A DNA stretch of 64,000 nt, taken from contig JBHJGN010000031.1 of NCBI GenBank assembly GCA_050331735.1, forward strand, positions 96,001-160,000, given 5' to 3'. The notes below the pieces were generated by a model. It did not search any database. It was not told the DNA's origin and saw only the letters and a list, made by a program, of their open reading frames with translations. Origin of the DNA: Cyanophyceae cyanobacterium. GTDB taxonomy: Bacteria; Cyanobacteriota; Cyanobacteriia; Cyanobacteriales; JBHJGN01. This document shows, piece by piece, positions 17,574 through 27,890 of this stretch. Position 1 is the stretch's first letter, and every line of letters starts with the position of its first letter. A program made the translations under genes and the position numbers.

Positions 17574-18500
17574 TCAGCGCGGAACGTTTAACGCTCCGTT
17601 GTTTCTCAGCCAAAGTTTCTGGTCTTCAGTGAATCCTTCTGCGTTTGTAAAAGTCGCGCCTGCTACAGTACACTCCGTTAAATCAACGTCGTCCCATACT
17701 GTATCTTCCACATTAGCATCTCGCAAATCAGCGTTTCTTAAACTAACCTGCGTTAATATTGACCCTTCTAAGCTGGCGGAAAACAAGGAAGCTTGAGTAA
17801 GATCTGAGGACTTAATTTGAGTATTTTGTAAACTAGCACGATTTAAATCTGCCTGTCGCAGAATAACAGTTTCGATTTCTGCTGCTCTGAGGTTAACACC
17901 AATTAGATCAGCTCCCGTAAAATCGGCTCTGGTGATACAGGCGCGGCTCAAATTAGCTTTTTCCAGATTTGCCTGCTGCCAAATTGTTCCCTGAAGATTA
18001 GCCGCTTCTAACGAAGCTTGACGAAGATTGGCCCCGCTAAAATTGCTATTAAGAAAAGTAGCCGCTCCCAAATTTGCTGCCTCTAAATTTGCCCGACAAA
18101 AGTTAGTGTTTTCTCCTTTGGCTTCTCTAAAATCCACTCTCTTTAAAACTGCTGCATAAGCCTCAGCATTATGAAGAGTGGCTCCATAAAATTTGGCATT
18201 TTCGGCCTTGGCCTCTCTAAGGTTGGCTCGTTCCAGGGAGGCACTGTTGAGCATAGCGTAGGCAAGATTGGCCCGAATTAGTTCTGTGCCTGTTAAAGTA
18301 GCAAACATCAGCGTTGCTTCCGAAAAGTTTGTGTCTCGGCAAGATGCTGCGGAAAGATTAGCGCCACGAAGATACGCTGCGGTAAAGTCTCCTCCATCTA
18401 GCTTGGTTTGCTGTAGATCGATGTGGCTTAGCTCCGCTTCATAAAAAGATTGTCCCAGTCTCAGTCTCATTAAGACTTCATCGGGAGAAAATAGCGACAT
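17574..18500 (-). CDS. Pentapeptide repeat protein
   Basis: Continuous A(N/D)LxX pentapeptide repeats; RBS GGAGG before ATG 18500. Confidence 0.92.
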   Translation of the reverse strand: MSLFSPDEVLMRLRLGQSFYEAELSHIDLQQTKLDGGDFTAAYLRGANLSAASCRDTNFSEATLMFATLTGTELIRANLAYAMLNSASLERANLREAKAENAKFYGATLHNAEAYAAVLKRVDFREAKGENTNFCRANLEAANLGAATFLNSNFSGANLRQASLEAANLQGTIWQQANLEKANLSRACITRADFTGADLIGVNLRAAEIETVILRQADLNRASLQNTQIKSSDLTQASLFSASLEGSILTQVSLRNADLRDANVEDTVWDDVDLTECTVAGATFTNAEGFTEDQKLWLRNNGALNVPR

Positions 18501-18821
18501 CTGTAGGTTGAGCCTCCGTATAGATGAATTAATCAATTGGTTCGAGCGGCACTGCTAAGTGTAATTACGCAAACTGACCGTAAATTGCTCCAAAATTAAT
18601 CATTTTCTCACTCAGCAGTCTACACCATTTATAAGTCAAGCAGAAGGCTATTGAGTCATGCTCACCAACTAAAGAGCTGCCCTCAATTTAGTCTTGATCG
18701 GGTATAGTTGATTGCACTCTGGACGTTTTTATTTCCTGGGCTATCTTATAAGAATGAATGATGCAAAGCTCATTAGCCGGCTCAAACTAGGAAAGAATTC
18801 TGACACTATTTAAAGCCCCTC

Positions 18822-19754
18822 ATGTTTCAGCTCAAACACGGATTATTTAAATATAACGTTAGTGATTATTATGCTGTTCTCGGAATTCCTGTGGATGCAG
18901 ACGCTAAACAGATTCGACAGCGATATTTGAAAATTGCTCAAAAACTGCATCCAGATACCTGTAAAGCCAAAGATAAAGCTCAACTTCAGCAGGCTAGCCA
19001 GCTATTGTCAAAGTTAGTCAATCCGGCTTACGAACAGCTCAGCAAGGAACGCTCGCGCTCAGAGTACCGGTTAATCATTGCCCGCCTTGGGGAGCAGTTG
19101 GCCCGAGAACCAGCAACGGTAGAATCCGAGGCGGCTCAAGAGCTGTCGCAGTCTGGCGATCGCCTAGAGACAACCTACCACAAGCTGCTGCAATCTTTAG
19201 CAGACGACTGTTATCAAGATCTTAGCCGAGTCATACCTACTGTGGCTCAGCTCAGCGAGCTGAACTTAATCTACCTCAAGTTCAAACAAACACACAAGCA
19301 GCGACCGGTTCCTGCGATAGCGGTCGGGGCGAGTGCTGCCAAAGGAGCGAGCAGTTCCCCATCAGCTAAAACTACTGCGCTAGGAAACAAAGAGCCAGAA
19401 CTTTCTCCTGTTGAGCTTTACATCCGACGCGCCCAAGAGAATCTTAATCGCCGTCAGTATGACCGGGCCGTTTTAGACCTACGCGATGCTCTCAAACTGG
19501 AGCCAAAGAACAGCACCTGTCACGGCTTGATGGGAATAGCCTATCTGCGTCAGAAACAGCTAGGCATGGCCAAAGTTCACATCAATAAAGCCTGGGCAGC
19601 TAATTCCAAAGATCCGATTGTCATCCAAGGCAAGCAAGAACTGGACAAACTCAACTCCACATCAGGAGGAGCGAAATCTAATCGCTCAGCAGATGCTAAT
19701 TCTAAACAGGCAGGCGGTATTTTCGGCGGTCTATTTGGTGGTAAAAAGAAGTAA
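18822..19754 (+). CDS. DnaJ-domain protein with C-terminal TPR
   Basis: DYYAVLG..LHPD J-domain; TPR region near YDRAVLDLRDALKLEP. Confidence 0.9.
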   Translation: MFQLKHGLFKYNVSDYYAVLGIPVDADAKQIRQRYLKIAQKLHPDTCKAKDKAQLQQASQLLSKLVNPAYEQLSKERSRSEYRLIIARLGEQLAREPATVESEAAQELSQSGDRLETTYHKLLQSLADDCYQDLSRVIPTVAQLSELNLIYLKFKQTHKQRPVPAIAVGASAAKGASSSPSAKTTALGNKEPELSPVELYIRRAQENLNRRQYDRAVLDLRDALKLEPKNSTCHGLMGIAYLRQKQLGMAKVHINKAWAANSKDPIVIQGKQELDKLNSTSGGAKSNRSADANSKQAGGIFGGLFGGKKK

Positions 19755-19808
19755 GAGACAGGGGTTTTGAGGCCGCTGTTTTTGAGTTGCCCACCAAAAT
19801 AGTTTGTC

Positions 19809-21023
19809 ATGATTCATCAGCCACCAGCCGGTGCGAGAGATTTACTGCCCCTAGAAGTTGTTCAAAAGAGCTGGATTAACGATCGCCTCCAGCAGGTGTT
19901 TGCTCAGTGGGGATACCAGCGCATCGTCACGTCTACCTTAGAGTGGCTTGATACCCTGATGGCAGGAGGAGCGATCGAGCGCTCAACAGTAGTTCAGCTT
20001 CAAGATAATTCGGAGGGAACTTTAGGGCTGCGTCCAGAATTAACCGCTTCTATTGCGCGAGCAGCGGTGACGCGCATGGAAGCAAAAACCTACCCTCAGC
20101 GCCTCTGTTACCGCGCTAACGTATTTCGTCAACCCCCCGCCGGACATCACGGGCGGCAGATGGAATTTTATCAAGCTGGCGTAGAGCTGCTGTTTGCCGG
20201 GGGAGTGGTGGCAGATGCCGAAGTGTTGCTGCTGTTGGTGGACTGTTTGCATCAGCTTGGCTTGCAGCAGTGGCAGTTACTGTTAGGAGAAGTGGGCTTA
20301 ACGCGATCGCTGCTTTCCCCGTTTCCAGAGCCGTTGAAGCAGGAAATCCGACACTGCTTAGCTCATCTCGACCGCGTTGCCCTAGAAAACCTGGAACTGA
20401 CTTCAGAGCAGCAGGAGCGGGCGCTGTTGCTGTTTGACCTACGGGGACGACCAGAGGACGTGCTTCAGCAGGTGGCTCAGCTCGAACTTGACGAGACGGG
20501 ACAGCAAATTGTCCAAAACTTGAAAACGTTAGTCGAGTTACTCAACAGCAGTCGCCCCGAACCGCTGCCGCTGATTCTAGATTTGAGCCTACTGCAAACC
20601 TTTGATTACTACACAGGCATTGTGTTTGACGTCGTAAGCCGAGGCGATCGCTCTTCCCGTATCGTCGGGCAGGGAGGACGCTACGACAGGCTTTTAGGGC
20701 TGTATCATCCGCACAAGCAAGATTCTCCCGGCATTGGCTTTTCGTTCTATTTGGAAGATCTGTATACCTGTCTACTGGCTAGCAACGCGCTACCGACAGA
20801 AGCTCCTATGAGCCATTGGCTGGTGATTCCTGACTCTTCGCAAGCGGACGCGGCAGCTTTCGCCTATGCTCAAACCTTGAGAGCCGAGGGAGTCGTGCGA
20901 GTCGAGATGGAATTGAAGAGGCGATCGCCGGAGCAGATTCGAGAGTATGCGCGCCAGCGCCGCATTAAGTACTTGGCTTGGGTAAAGGGTGACGGGATTC
21001 CGAAAATTGAAGCAGTCAGCTAG
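19809..21023 (+). CDS. hisZ: ATP phosphoribosyltransferase regulatory subunit
   Basis: HQPPAGARDLLP, LRPELTASIAR, EFYQAGVEL, YYTGIVF and GGRYD. Confidence 0.95.
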   Translation: MIHQPPAGARDLLPLEVVQKSWINDRLQQVFAQWGYQRIVTSTLEWLDTLMAGGAIERSTVVQLQDNSEGTLGLRPELTASIARAAVTRMEAKTYPQRLCYRANVFRQPPAGHHGRQMEFYQAGVELLFAGGVVADAEVLLLLVDCLHQLGLQQWQLLLGEVGLTRSLLSPFPEPLKQEIRHCLAHLDRVALENLELTSEQQERALLLFDLRGRPEDVLQQVAQLELDETGQQIVQNLKTLVELLNSSRPEPLPLILDLSLLQTFDYYTGIVFDVVSRGDRSSRIVGQGGRYDRLLGLYHPHKQDSPGIGFSFYLEDLYTCLLASNALPTEAPMSHWLVIPDSSQADAAAFAYAQTLRAEGVVRVEMELKRRSPEQIREYARQRRIKYLAWVKGDGIPKIEAVS

Positions 21024-21080
21024 CGCCGTAGGCCCGGGAAAAAAGTTCCTACGGAACGGGGAAAAGGGGAAGGAGAAAAA
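21021..21080 (+). repeat. Dispersed repeat family A, short copy starting at the hisZ TAG
   Basis: TAGCGCCGTAGGCCCGGGAA...ACGGGGAAAAGGGGAAGG. Confidence 0.65.
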
Positions 21081-21081
21081 T

Positions 21082-21666
21082 ATGACGACTGTTACAATTC
21101 CCAAAGGATTTATAGTGACGCCGGGACAGTTTGATGAACTTGCTGATGCCAATACCGGCATTCGCCTGGAGTTAACCGCTCAAGGAGTATTGCTAGTTAT
21201 GTCGCCAACAGGGGGAACAGCAGGAAGAAGAAATTTTCGCCTTTGTCAGCAATTGGCCAATTGGGCAGAGCGAGATGAAACCGGAGTTGGCTTTGACTCA
21301 TCAACCATTTTTGTTCTGCCTAACGGCGCAAGACGTTCCCCCGATGCTGCCTGGATTCAGTTGAAACGCTGGAATACTCTCACTCAAGAAGAGCAAGACG
21401 GCTTTCCTCCGATTGCTCCTGATTTTGTGATTGAGTTAGTCAGTCCGAGCGATTTAGCAAACCAGCGCTATGAAGACTTACAGCAGAAAATGCCGGAATA
21501 TCTGGACAATGGAGTGCGCCTCGGTTGGCTCATCGAGCCGAAGACACAAACTGTTGAGATTTACCGTATGGGGCAGCCTGTTGAAGCTTTACAGAATCCG
21601 AAATCTCTTAGTGGTGAGGTGGTTTTGCCGGGATTGCTCCTCGATTTGGAGCCGATTTGGGGTTAA
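21082..21666 (+). CDS. Uma2-family endonuclease-like protein
   Basis: RLELTAQG.L.VMSPTG, FDSST.F.LPNGA.RSPDAAW, PDFVIELVSPSD and EYLDNGVRLGWLI. Confidence 0.92.
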   Translation: MTTVTIPKGFIVTPGQFDELADANTGIRLELTAQGVLLVMSPTGGTAGRRNFRLCQQLANWAERDETGVGFDSSTIFVLPNGARRSPDAAWIQLKRWNTLTQEEQDGFPPIAPDFVIELVSPSDLANQRYEDLQQKMPEYLDNGVRLGWLIEPKTQTVEIYRMGQPVEALQNPKSLSGEVVLPGLLLDLEPIWG

Positions 21667-21681
21667 ATCAGAGCTAGTGAG

Positions 21682-21801
21682 AAACTTAATGAGTTGGAAA
21701 AAGGGAAGGGGGAAAGGTCAGCACAGCAAGTTTTTCCCTTTGCACCCCCAACTCTTGGTTTGTTTGGAGAACTATCTAACTACTTTCGGTCAATGGTATT
21801 A
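21682..21801 (+). mobile_element. MITE-like element family B, left end degenerate
   Basis: Body and right end (GAACTATCTAACTACTTTCGGTCAATGGTATTA) are shared with 25430-25574 and 49550-49682. Confidence 0.7.
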
Positions 21802-22069
21802 GCCCTTGCGATCAACAACTAGTGACTGTTGACTCAATACGAGCCTAATCTATTTTTGGTCAGTCAGCAGTAATACTGAGGGCAATTGTGTTGGGAATTG
21901 TCAAACTAGGCTTATTCCACTGTCAAATCATCTTTAGTCTTTCTGCTTCTGAAACATTAAAAGCAAGCAGGAAAAATTAGGGACAGCTCATTTTATGGGT
22001 GGAAGTTTTAGCAATCTGCAATAAATATAAACGCTTAATATTTAAAATTGCGAAATTGAGGCGGTAGAG

Positions 22070-25000
22070 ATGAAAACAGACTTATCTTCCCTGAAACCTT
22101 CTAACCCTGTTGCCACCCTCGTTTTTATCGATGCTGGAGTTAAAAATTATCAACAGTTAGTTGATGGTGTTATTCCTAAAGCGGAAGTATTTGTCTTAGA
22201 TGCAGCGGCTGATGGTGTTGAGCAAATTAGCCATGTTTTACAGCAGCGGCAGAATGTCGGAGCTGTTCATATCGTTTCTCACGGTGCGCCAGGTGGCTTG
22301 TACTTGGGTAACACCCGATTAAGTCTTGATACTTTCAGGCACTATGCCACTCAGCTACAGAAGTGGAAGGTAGTCAATCTCTTTCTCTACGGCTGTAACG
22401 TGGCTGCTGGGGACGCAGGTGAAGAGTTTATCGAGAAGCTGCACCAGCAGACAGGAGCAAGTATAGCAGCGTCGCGTCGAGTAATCGGTGACGGGTACTG
22501 GTTCCTAGATGTTAACCCTACAGGGACGACAGCACAGACCCCATTTGATGAAGCAGTTCTAGAAAGCTGGACAGGACGACTAGCGCTAAACATCAGCAAT
22601 CTCAGTAACTCATCGTATACTGAGCAAGACCCCGCTATTATCCTAGACAGTGATATCAGCTTCTCAGGTGGGACAAACTACAGCAGCGGCTATCTTGAGT
22701 TTAGTTTAAGCACCGCTACTGCGTCTGATTTTTTAAGTTTAGTTGCTGATGACAACATTTCTACCGCTAACAACCAGATTTCTATTGTTGCTAATACAGT
22801 TTATCTCGGCGATGGCAGCGAGGCAGCAGTAGTCGGTACCGTAGATTCAACATTCGACGGTCAGAATGGAAAAAATCTACGGATTAACTTATCCACTAGT
22901 TTTCCAAACGGTAATTTCAACATTGGCTCGCCTGAAGACACAACCATCACGAGTTGGACAACGGTAAACCAGCAGGTCAAATTTGGAAACGATACAATTG
23001 CTAACTTAACTACGCCCACCGACAGCACCATTCCCTCAGACTCTAATGGGGACCAAAACACTCCTTCTAGCCCAGGGACGATGACGACAGTCCTTGATGC
23101 TACACAGAACGACGGAGGCGGAAATTCTCTTCGGCTCGCCTCTACAGGAATTACTACTGCCGAAGGATATGATATCGTTCGCGGTCCATACGTTTACAGT
23201 GATACGGCTATATCCTTGTCATCTGGCGACCAGGTGTCCTTTGAATGGCAAGCTCAAGGGGGGGGAGATGCCTATGATATTTATGGCTACATTGTTGATA
23301 TTAACAACAATCACATCGAAACTATTCTAGATGAAACAGGCAGTAGTGAATCTGCTGCTACTACTTGGGCAACGGAGACAATTACTGTTTCCCAAGCTGG
23401 TGAGTACAAATTTGTCTTTGTTGCCGGTACTTACGACTATTCTGGCGGTAAAGCTGCAGGAGCACAGCTCTACATTGACGATGTAACAGTTACTCAATCG
23501 GTCCCGTCCGCAGTTTTCGACGATACTCATGTATCTGCGCTCGCTCAGAGAGTGCAGTACAACAATACCTCAGATAGTCCTGAAACCTCAAAAACTCTCA
23601 CTGTCTCCGTTCAAAACAGCGCTGATGAGATAGTAAGCGATACGGCAACCATTGATATTACGTTAGTAAACGATGCCCCCACTGCGCTTAGCCTCAGCAG
23701 CACCAGTATTAATGAGAACAGTGCGGCGGGAAGTGCAATCGGTACTTTCAGCAGCACTGACCCTGACGCGAGCGAGACCTTCACCTATACTCTAGTGGCT
23801 GGCACTGGAGATACGGATAACAGTGCCTTTACCATTGACAGCGACCAGCTTAAAATCATCGACTCCCCCGACTACGAAGCTAAGGATAGCTATAGCATTC
23901 ACGTCCGCACCACAGATAGTGAGAACGAAATCTATGAAGAAGCGTTTACTATCAATGTCAACGATTTTAATAAAACACCCACTGCTATTGCTCTTGATAA
24001 CAACCGGGTTAACGAGAATCAAAATAGCCGCACTCTCGTCGGTACTCTTTCTACCATTGATGCCGATGACGGCGACACTCATATTTACCAGCTCGTGGGT
24101 GGGGAGGAAGATACAGATAACAGTGCCTTTACCATCGATGGTAATCAACTGAAAACTAACACTCGGCTTAACTACGAAGCTAAATCCAGCTACAGCATTC
24201 GTATCCAAACCACAGATAGCGAGAGCGAAACCTACGAAAAAACCTTTACTATCAGCGTCAACAATCTCAACGAAATCCCCAGACTCAGTTTAATCAACAC
24301 TAATACCTCCTTAGCTGAAGACATCGATACCAGCACTAGGATTAAGGTAGCAGACATCCGCATCTATGATGATGGTTTAGGAGCAGAAACCATTGCCCTG
24401 AGCGGCCCTAATGCCGACCTCTTCGAGCTGGATGGGAGAAAACTCTTTCTCAAAGCCGATACTCCTCTCAACCATGAAACCGAAGCTGAGTTAAACGTGC
24501 AGGTCTCGGTCAACGACTCCACCATCGGCTCCACACCAGACGATACTGAATCCTTGGCAATCGCCATCAGCGATGTCAATGAAGCCCCCAGCCTCAGCTT
24601 CACTAACTCTACCGCTTCATTAGCCGAAGACACCGACACCAGCACTAGGATTAAGGTAGCTGATATTGTCATTAGTGATGATGCCCTCGGCAACAACACC
24701 TTAAGCCTCAGCGGGGAAGATGCTGAGAGCTTTGAAATTGACGACAGCGCTCTGTTCCTCAAAGCCAATACCCCCCTCGACTTTGAAACCCATCCTGAGC
24801 TATCGGTCTCGCTTAGCATCGATGATGCTACCTTGGGAGATGGAGCGGAAGCAACAGAATCCTACACCCTGAATCTGATTGATATGCCAGATGACGGCCT
24901 TGAAGGGGATATTAGCTTATTCTGGTCTAACCGCGCCACCGGAGAGAACCAGCTCTGGCTCTTCACGGGACTCCAGAGGCAGTCTGTGGTATTGCCCCTT

Positions 25001-25330
25001 ACCGATACAGATTGGCAACTGCGAGACGTCGGAGACTTTAACGGAGATGACCAGTACGACCTGCTCTGGCGACACTCGGCTACCGGAGAAAACGCTGTTT
25101 GGCTGATGAACGGCACTGACTTTATTCAAAGAAGTAGTTTGCGCTCTGCTTCCAACCTCGATTGGTCCCTGGTGGGCGCGGCAGACTTCAACGGAGATGA
25201 CAAAGACGACCTACTCTGGCGACACGCGGCTACCGGGAAAAATGCTGTCTGGCTGATGGACGGCACGACTTTTATGAGCAGCAGTTCTCTGCCAGAATTC
25301 TCTGGGGCTGACTGGTCTGCGGTTGTTTAA
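22070..25330 (+). CDS. Large surface/adhesin protein: DUF4347, beta-sandwich domain, four cadherin-like repeats and FG-GAP/VCBS repeats
   Basis: DUF4347 motifs LVFIDAGV, HIVSHGAPG.LYLG and LYGCNVAAG; cadherin motifs VNDAPT, DYEAK.SYSI and DVNEAP; C-terminal GDFNGD..DLLWRH repeats. Confidence 0.88.
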   Translation: MKTDLSSLKPSNPVATLVFIDAGVKNYQQLVDGVIPKAEVFVLDAAADGVEQISHVLQQRQNVGAVHIVSHGAPGGLYLGNTRLSLDTFRHYATQLQKWKVVNLFLYGCNVAAGDAGEEFIEKLHQQTGASIAASRRVIGDGYWFLDVNPTGTTAQTPFDEAVLESWTGRLALNISNLSNSSYTEQDPAIILDSDISFSGGTNYSSGYLEFSLSTATASDFLSLVADDNISTANNQISIVANTVYLGDGSEAAVVGTVDSTFDGQNGKNLRINLSTSFPNGNFNIGSPEDTTITSWTTVNQQVKFGNDTIANLTTPTDSTIPSDSNGDQNTPSSPGTMTTVLDATQNDGGGNSLRLASTGITTAEGYDIVRGPYVYSDTAISLSSGDQVSFEWQAQGGGDAYDIYGYIVDINNNHIETILDETGSSESAATTWATETITVSQAGEYKFVFVAGTYDYSGGKAAGAQLYIDDVTVTQSVPSAVFDDTHVSALAQRVQYNNTSDSPETSKTLTVSVQNSADEIVSDTATIDITLVNDAPTALSLSSTSINENSAAGSAIGTFSSTDPDASETFTYTLVAGTGDTDNSAFTIDSDQLKIIDSPDYEAKDSYSIHVRTTDSENEIYEEAFTINVNDFNKTPTAIALDNNRVNENQNSRTLVGTLSTIDADDGDTHIYQLVGGEEDTDNSAFTIDGNQLKTNTRLNYEAKSSYSIRIQTTDSESETYEKTFTISVNNLNEIPRLSLINTNTSLAEDIDTSTRIKVADIRIYDDGLGAETIALSGPNADLFELDGRKLFLKADTPLNHETEAELNVQVSVNDSTIGSTPDDTESLAIAISDVNEAPSLSFTNSTASLAEDTDTSTRIKVADIVISDDALGNNTLSLSGEDAESFEIDDSALFLKANTPLDFETHPELSVSLSIDDATLGDGAEATESYTLNLIDMPDDGLEGDISLFWSNRATGENQLWLFTGLQRQSVVLPLTDTDWQLRDVGDFNGDDQYDLLWRHSATGENAVWLMNGTDFIQRSSLRSASNLDWSLVGAADFNGDDKDDLLWRHAATGKNAVWLMDGTTFMSSSSLPEFSGADWSAVV

Positions 25331-25429
25331 TCGGCTCCATCACGGAGCACCCATTGAATAGCGAGAAGAGGGAATTTTCCCTTTCCCCCAATCTATAAAT
25401 GAGTGCATCCACAACCAGGAACCGTCGTC

Positions 25430-25574
25430 TTATGCCAATTAGAAAAAGTCATCGGAGATGGGGGAAAGGGTCAGGGGGAAAGAGGAAAGGTAAGCACCGC
25501 AGCTCTTTCTCCTTGAACTTCCAATGCTTGGTTAGTTCGGGGAACTATCTGACTACTTTCGGTCAATGGTATTA
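25430..25574 (+). mobile_element. MITE-like element family B
   Basis: Imperfect terminal inverted repeats TTATGCCAATT...AATGGTATTA; its terminal TTA is the dapE stop codon on the minus strand. Confidence 0.72.
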
Positions 25575-26759
25575 GCTAAAAGAATCAAAAAACTTTTCAA
25601 TGATTCTTTCATAAACACAGCAAAGCTCATACACATGAGCAATAGGAATATGCTCCCCCACCTGATGCATCGTATTATCCAACGGGCCATATTCAACCGT
25701 AACGCAGTGGGGCACAAGAAAACGGGCATCGGTAATTCCGCCATCGGTACTGAGACGGGGGCGACGGCCAGAAACCTCTGCCACCGCATCCTGCACAAGG
25801 CTGACAAAAGGATCTTCAGGATTCGTCCGAAATGCTTCCCCACTGACGCGGAAGCGAACATCGTACTCAACGCCATAGGACCGAGCAAGGGGTTCAATCG
25901 TGTCCCGAATGAGCTGTTGTAACCCATTCCCCGTTTGCTCGTCGTTAAAGCGGATGTTGAAGCGCAGATTAACGGCGGCAGGAATGACGTTTTCCGCACA
26001 GGGAGCTGTTTCAAACTTAGTAAATTCTAGATTAGACGGTTCAAACCACTCATTACCCTCGTCGAGAGGTAAATTTTGCAGCGCTGCTGCCATTGCCACC
26101 GCCGCCGGAACTGGATTGAGCACATTGCGCTGGTAGGCGACGTGTCCCTGCTTGCCTTTGATGGTAATAAAGGTATTGATGCTGCCGCGACGACCAATAT
26201 GAACGCAGTCGCCCATCTCTAGCGGGTTCGTCGGTTCACCCACTACGCAGGCATCAATCTTCTCGCCTCGCTGCTGTAGCCATTCCATCACGGGTTTCGT
26301 GCCGTTAATCGCTTCGTGCTCCTCGTCGCCCGTGATAATGAAGCTGAAAGACCCCTGGAAATCCTTCCTCTTCGCAAGCCACGCCGATACAGCAGCAATA
26401 AAGCAGCCAATTCCGGCTTTCATATCCACCGTGCCCCGTCCCCAGAGAATGCCGTCGCGGATTTCAGCCTTGTAGGGGTCGATATCACCCCAGCGCAGGC
26501 GATCGCCTTCTGGCACCACATCGGTATGTCCGGCAAAGGCGAGGTTTGGTTCGGCTGTTCCCAATCGGGCATAGAGATTATCCACTTCGTAGCTGCCGGG
26601 TTCGTTGTAAAATTTGAGGCGCTGGCAGGTAAAGCCGAGTAATTCCAGATGACGCTGCACCACATCCAACCCCCCGTGTCGATCCGGCGTGACGCTCGGT
26701 CTGCGGATCAGTTCTTGGGTTAACTTAACAGGATCGAAAACAGGAACATTGACAAGCAT
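25572..26759 (-). CDS. dapE: Succinyl-diaminopimelate desuccinylase (M20)
   Basis: NLYARLG, FAGHTDVVP, GRGTVDMK, TGDEE, VGEPT, GRRGS, QGHVAY and TMHQVGE; RBS GAGGAG. Confidence 0.92.
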   Translation of the reverse strand: MLVNVPVFDPVKLTQELIRRPSVTPDRHGGLDVVQRHLELLGFTCQRLKFYNEPGSYEVDNLYARLGTAEPNLAFAGHTDVVPEGDRLRWGDIDPYKAEIRDGILWGRGTVDMKAGIGCFIAAVSAWLAKRKDFQGSFSFIITGDEEHEAINGTKPVMEWLQQRGEKIDACVVGEPTNPLEMGDCVHIGRRGSINTFITIKGKQGHVAYQRNVLNPVPAAVAMAAALQNLPLDEGNEWFEPSNLEFTKFETAPCAENVIPAAVNLRFNIRFNDEQTGNGLQQLIRDTIEPLARSYGVEYDVRFRVSGEAFRTNPEDPFVSLVQDAVAEVSGRRPRLSTDGGITDARFLVPHCVTVEYGPLDNTMHQVGEHIPIAHVYELCCVYERIIEKFFDSFS

Positions 26760-26774
26760 GGCATCTCCTCAGAT

Positions 26775-27677
26775 TTAGACTGTAGACGGAGCAGTAGTTT
26801 GCTCAGTTACAAATTGCTTGTAAGCATCAATTAAACGAGTGGTGACAGGACCGAAAGGTTCAAAACGATACTCGTCAATCTCACTTACCGACTCAATCTC
26901 GCAGGTAGTCCCAGTGAGAAAGACTTCCTGCGCTTGGGCGAGTTCTTCTAGCTTGATGTGGCGTTCAATAACAGAAATCTCTAATTTCTCCGCCAATTTC
27001 ATAATAGTTTGCCGGGTAATGCCATTCAAAAAGCAATCCGGTATCGGCGTTAGCAAACTCCCATCGCGTACCAGAAATACGTTGGATGTGGTCGATTCAG
27101 CAATCAGCCCTCGATAGTCTAACATGAGAGCATCATCAAAGCCTTGTTGGACGGCTTCATCTTTGCTCATGGTGCAGATGGGGTAGAGACAAGCTGCCTT
27201 GCTCACCGTTGGTGCGGTCGTCGGATCGGGCTTGCGCCAGGGTACGTGGCGAGTCAGCTTCAGTGGCTTCTTGGTGTCAATATCAAATAGCGTCGTCGGG
27301 AATGACCAGGCAGCAATGCCAACGCAGATTGAGGTATCGGGGGCATATACCCGCAATCTTTCACTGCCGCGCCAAGCAAAATGGCGGATGTAGCCCACTT
27401 TAATATTTTCTCGCTCCAGCAGATTATTAGTGGCTTCGACAAGAGCATCCAGCGCATAGGAAATGGTAAAACCAAGAATTTCAGCCGATTGATACAGGCG
27501 CTCCAGATGTTCAGCTAACAAAAACGGCTTGCCGTTATAGATGCGCACTCCTTCAAATACACTACTAGCGTAATGCAGTCCGTGGGTGAGCGGGTGAATC
27601 GTGGCTTCTTTCCAAACAACTATGTTGCCATTCAGCCACAAAAACCCTTCCTTTTGATCGAACGGAAACAGAGACAT
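26775..27677 (-). CDS. ilvE: Fold-type IV PLP aminotransferase (branched-chain aminotransferase-like)
   Basis: THGLHYASSVFEGVR.Y, GYIR, PLP lysine in KAACLY, ESTTSNVF, LNGITRQT and EVFLTGT. Confidence 0.85.
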   Translation of the reverse strand: MSLFPFDQKEGFLWLNGNIVVWKEATIHPLTHGLHYASSVFEGVRIYNGKPFLLAEHLERLYQSAEILGFTISYALDALVEATNNLLERENIKVGYIRHFAWRGSERLRVYAPDTSICVGIAAWSFPTTLFDIDTKKPLKLTRHVPWRKPDPTTAPTVSKAACLYPICTMSKDEAVQQGFDDALMLDYRGLIAESTTSNVFLVRDGSLLTPIPDCFLNGITRQTIMKLAEKLEISVIERHIKLEELAQAQEVFLTGTTCEIESVSEIDEYRFEPFGPVTTRLIDAYKQFVTEQTTAPSTV

Positions 27678-27750
27678 AGAGAATCTTCTTTGGAGTGAAT
27701 TGTTCGACGTGATCGCTATTAATAAACAGAGGGAACAGGAGTTTGCGTCG

Positions 27751-27890
27751 AACGGGGAAATTGTCCGGTGCGGGACGGGTAAGGGTTAAAGAACACAGAG
27801 TTAAGAAAACTAATTTATTCACCCTTTCCCCCTTCCCCTTTCCCCTTTCCCCGTCGCGGAGCGACTTCTTTCCCTGCGCCTGCGGCGCTA
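27751..27890 (-). repeat. Dispersed repeat family A, starting at the dapD stop
   Basis: The minus strand reads TAGCGCCGCAGGCGCAGGGAA, then GGGGAAA heptamers and the conserved core. Confidence 0.75.

Noticed and set aside
16912..21666. Uma2 endonucleases as T4SS relaxase or defence genes
   Set aside because: Uma2 genes are highly multicopy in cyanobacteria, lack HUH relaxase motifs, and have no partner genes here.
26775..27677. D-amino-acid transaminase yielding meso-DAP directly and bypassing DapF
   Set aside because: The motifs LHYASSVFEG and GYIR look like L-specific BCAT signatures, and characterised DapE enzymes prefer LL substrate; no positive support.
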